Shown here one piece after another: positions 61,090 to 64,000 of a stretch of DNA of 64,000 nucleotides. The stretch is from Bacteroidales bacterium UBA3754 (GTDB lineage Bacteria; Bacteroidota; Bacteroidia; Bacteroidales; UBA1715). Location of the stretch: positions 9,755 through 73,754 of the forward strand of contig DFGI01000096.1 of assembly GCA_002371705.1 (NCBI GenBank), in the 5' to 3' direction. A program made the translations under genes and the position numbers. The first letter of the stretch is position 1, and every line of letters begins with the position of its first letter. The notes beneath the pieces are model-generated. The model saw only the letters and a program-made list of their open reading frames with translations. It was not told the origin of the DNA and did no database searches.

Positions 61090-62163
61090 TTATCTATAAA
61101 CCTTACGCAGATAAACCAACGTTGCTCCAAATTTGTATTTTTCAAACGAAGCATCCTGATAAAAATACTGCGGATAATCTCTATCCAAACATCCACGAAT
61201 TTTTGCCTTTAGAATGCCATTTCCCACACCATGGATAAACACTATTTTTTCAATGCCATCGGAAACCGCCTTCACCAATTCACGTTCAAATGTTTGTAAC
61301 TGTATATCAAGCATTTCCGAAGATTTCATTTGTTCAGGATTATCAACCAACTCGTGGATATGAAGGTCTATTTCCCGAATTTTCTCCTCTTTTTTCACCA
61401 TAACTGGTTGTTTTTCAACCACATTTTTCGTCTGCATTGATTCGGCAATCTGCCTCGGCTCTATATTCCGCAATAACTCCTGTTCCTTTTTATATTGTAT
61501 ATCAGCTGCATCATACACCGAAATCACATACGCATCTTCATCAAAAAAATCGTTTACGATGAAAACCCCTGGTTTGTAAAATTTCACGGGATTAATCGCA
61601 ACTTGCACATCCACAGCGTTTTGCATCGCATATTTCTTATTTTTGAAATATACTGCCTGACAATGCAAGCGCTCCATTTTTGAGATTTCCTCATACGAAA
61701 TCTGTGCTATCATATATTTGGAATTCGCTTCGAGCAAACCTGAATTTATGCGGGAAACTTCATTGCCATCTTCTGAAGACAAAACATATAATATATGGTA
61801 ATTGCAATCATTTATCAGATACAACTCAAACAAACTGGAATCTTTTGCATTGCGAACAAACGCCATAAACAACTGAGGAATTTCGTTACCTTCAATGTCA
61901 TCGTCTTCAATAGATTCGTCAATTTCTATTGGGTTTTGAGGAGCAGATGGCACAGAATTCGAACGGGATTGTTCCTGTTTTTCAGGACGTTCTATCAAAA
62001 TCAATTCATTTTCACGAACAGGAACAATAAATCCTGATTCGTCAACAATTTCAACAATCATTGGGCTCACAATCTTTTGAACCACACCGCCACCAACATC
62101 GTTAAGATAGCGAACAACGTCTCCAACTTGGAATTTCATCGCTTCATTTTTTTTGCACTTCAA
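61090..62163 (-). CDS. Smr/MutS2-type small MutS-related domain protein (DUF2027-like N-terminus)
   Basis: The C-terminus IDLHIHELV...KIVFIHGVGNGILKAKIRGCL is a Smr domain signature. Confidence 0.7.
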   Translation of the reverse strand: MKCKKNEAMKFQVGDVVRYLNDVGGGVVQKIVSPMIVEIVDESGFIVPVRENELILIERPEKQEQSRSNSVPSAPQNPIEIDESIEDDDIEGNEIPQLFMAFVRNAKDSSLFELYLINDCNYHILYVLSSEDGNEVSRINSGLLEANSKYMIAQISYEEISKMERLHCQAVYFKNKKYAMQNAVDVQVAINPVKFYKPGVFIVNDFFDEDAYVISVYDAADIQYKKEQELLRNIEPRQIAESMQTKNVVEKQPVMVKKEEKIREIDLHIHELVDNPEQMKSSEMLDIQLQTFERELVKAVSDGIEKIVFIHGVGNGILKAKIRGCLDRDYPQYFYQDASFEKYKFGATLVYLRKVYR

Positions 62164-62197
62164 AAGTACGTACTTTTGTCAAAATTTTTACGAAAAA

Positions 62198-63412
62198 ATG
62201 ACAATGAACAACAATTTGTCAAAAATAAGCGATTTTTCGTACGATTTACCCGACGAAAAAATTGCGAAGCATCCGCTTCCAAACCGCGATGAATCAAAAT
62301 TGCTGATTTGGAAGCAAGGGGAAATCATTGATGAAACGTTTTCCAATTGCATAAAGTACCTCCCCCAAAATTCACTTGTGATTTTTAACGACACGCGGGT
62401 AATCCATGCACGCATCATTTTAACTAAATCCACAGGCGCACGCATTGAGATATTGTGTTTGGAACCGTTTGAACCCCACAACTACGAGCAATCGTTTGCC
62501 CAAATAGGAAAATGCTCGTGGAAATGCGTTGTCGGCAATGCGAAGAAATGGAAAAACGAGCCATTACAGGCTGTTATTCAAGGCAATAACGACATTCATT
62601 TTCTGGCACGAAAAGAAAATCAAACCGATGATGGATTTATAGTAAGTTTTGAATGGGACAGTAACCATACGTTTAGTGAGATTCTCGAACAAATTGGAAA
62701 GATTCCAATTCCTCCCTACCTCAACCGCGAATCCGAAGCAAGCGACAACGACCGCTACCAAACTGTTTATGCTGAGCACAACGGTTCTGTTGCAGCCCCA
62801 ACAGCAGGCCTACATTTTACGCCAAATGTATTAGAGAAGTTCAAGACCCAAAATCTGACCATTGGAAAAGTCACGCTACACGTAGGCGCAGGCACATTCA
62901 AGCCTGTGAAAACAGAAAGTTACACCGACCACGTTATGCATCAAGAATTGTGTATTGTGCAAAAATCTTTAATTGACAAGATTATCAACCATTTACCATA
63001 CATCACAGCCGTAGGGACCACTTCCGTTCGGACATTGGAGTCACTTTATTGGAACGGAGTAAAACTTGCGACAAACCCAACAGCCGACATTAATCATCTT
63101 TCCCAATGGGAAGCATACGAATTGCCTCAGAATATTTCTGTGAAAGATGCGCTTCAAGCAATTGTAAATTATATGGAAATCAACCATTTAAATGAATTAC
63201 AATACTACACGCAAATTATGATTACGCCATCATACACATTTAAAATTGTACGTTCAATGTTTACCAATTTTCACCAACCACAAAGTACTCTGCTACTGCT
63301 AATTAGCGCATTTGTTGGCGATAATTGGAAAACTATCTACAAACACGCATTGGAACATGATTACCGTTTTTTAAGCTACGGTGACAGTTCGCTCTTGTTG
63401 CCAAACGAATAA
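62198..63412 (+). CDS. queA: S-adenosylmethionine:tRNA ribosyltransferase-isomerase
   Basis: The ATG at 62198 gives MTMNNNLSKISDFSYDLPDEKIAKHPL. The motifs YQTVYA, GSVAAPTAGLHFT, VGTTSVRTLES and FHQPQSTLLLL are present. Confidence 0.9.
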   Translation: MTMNNNLSKISDFSYDLPDEKIAKHPLPNRDESKLLIWKQGEIIDETFSNCIKYLPQNSLVIFNDTRVIHARIILTKSTGARIEILCLEPFEPHNYEQSFAQIGKCSWKCVVGNAKKWKNEPLQAVIQGNNDIHFLARKENQTDDGFIVSFEWDSNHTFSEILEQIGKIPIPPYLNRESEASDNDRYQTVYAEHNGSVAAPTAGLHFTPNVLEKFKTQNLTIGKVTLHVGAGTFKPVKTESYTDHVMHQELCIVQKSLIDKIINHLPYITAVGTTSVRTLESLYWNGVKLATNPTADINHLSQWEAYELPQNISVKDALQAIVNYMEINHLNELQYYTQIMITPSYTFKIVRSMFTNFHQPQSTLLLLISAFVGDNWKTIYKHALEHDYRFLSYGDSSLLLPNE

Positions 63413-63440
63413 AAAAGGCAACCGTTCGGTTGCCTTTTTC
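63411..63440. terminator. bidirectional terminator between convergent queA and thioredoxin-like genes
   Basis: AAAAAA-GGCAACCG-TT-CGGTTGCC-TTTTT. Confidence 0.65.
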
Positions 63441-63442
63441 AA

Positions 63443-64000
63443 CTATTTCTTTTTCGCCGCTTCTTTTGCATCCTTTTCTAACTCGTGGTTTAGCAAATCA
63501 ACCACGGTTTCGGGCGGAAGACGCTTCGCTATGATTTTCCGTTCCTTATCAAGAACATATACAACCGGCGTACTATATATATCGTAGTTTGTTCGGAAAT
63601 TTGTATTCTGATACGGGTCGAACACATTTATGAAGTCGAACATATCTTGTTCGGCAATGAACTTTTTCCATTTCTCCATATCGGTTTGAGTATAAACCAT
63701 AAACGATTCCACTCCTTTTTTCTTGAATTCGTTTTCGCGGTATAGTTTATGCCATTCAGGAACTATTTTCTTACAATGACCGCAATCGGTGTCCCAGAAA
63801 TAAATTACCACGTATTTCGATTTCACCATACTGAGTCGTGTCCAGCCCATATTTTCGTCAAGCGTGTCCTGTCCCATTTTATACACAAGCATATCGCTTG
63901 CATGAACACCAATTTGATTGTTCACCATCTTTTCATAACGGTCTTTTATTTTGTTCATATATGCGGTATCGTTCGCCACACGAGCAGGAATATGGCCATT
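63443..64000 (-). CDS. thioredoxin-fold thiol-disulfide oxidoreductase (TlpA/AhpC-TSA-like), N-terminus beyond window
   Basis: The frame stays open to nt 64000. The motif FWDTDCGHCKK supplies the CxxC. Confidence 0.7.
   Translation of the reverse strand, partial: NGHIPARVANDTAYMNKIKDRYEKMVNNQIGVHASDMLVYKMGQDTLDENMGWTRLSMVKSKYVVIYFWDTDCGHCKKIVPEWHKLYRENEFKKKGVESFMVYTQTDMEKWKKFIAEQDMFDFINVFDPYQNTNFRTNYDIYSTPVVYVLDKERKIIAKRLPPETVVDLLNHELEKDAKEAAKKK

Overview
This 64-kb chromosomal segment reads as Bacteroidota, probably a Bacteroidales-like organism with low-to-mid GC. It carries type IX secretion and gliding genes (gldJ, a porP/sprF-like gene, porU, porV, a gldH-like gene), a SusC/SusD pair, TAnnTTTG-type -7 promoter boxes and almost no Shine-Dalgarno sites. 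Housekeeping genes (murF, ispF, anmK, metY, cysK, hisG, queA, two tRNA-Leu) are interspersed with two giant T9SS-cargo surface proteins. The first is a 4502-aa protein (16602..30110, minus) built from BspA-type LRRs, InlB-B-like repeats and 47 tandem ~69-aa modules, the last 35 organised as a 5-module super-repeat. The second is a 2083-aa protein (39010..45261, minus) with 13-14 Listeria-Bacteroides repeats, SprB repeats and a strongly mosaic GC profile. The most unusual locus is 38.9-47.75 kb, an ~8.85-kb block that separates an nfeD gene from its usual SPFH partner. It holds the 2083-aa adhesin, REP-like palindromes and a tandem pair of 230-aa genes with a PD-(D/E)xK-like D-x12-E-x-K motif. 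The first ~160 codons of the two copies are ~96% identical at the nucleotide level, but their last 56 residues are only ~41% identical. Each copy is faced by a duplicated near-consensus promoter plus terminator that would give a ~125-nt convergent small transcript. I regard this module as the best candidate for an undescribed toxin- or defence-like system associated with an antisense RNA, but every functional statement there is inference. I recognised no CRISPR array, rRNA, integrase or transposase. All family names come from motif recognition by eye, not from database searches.
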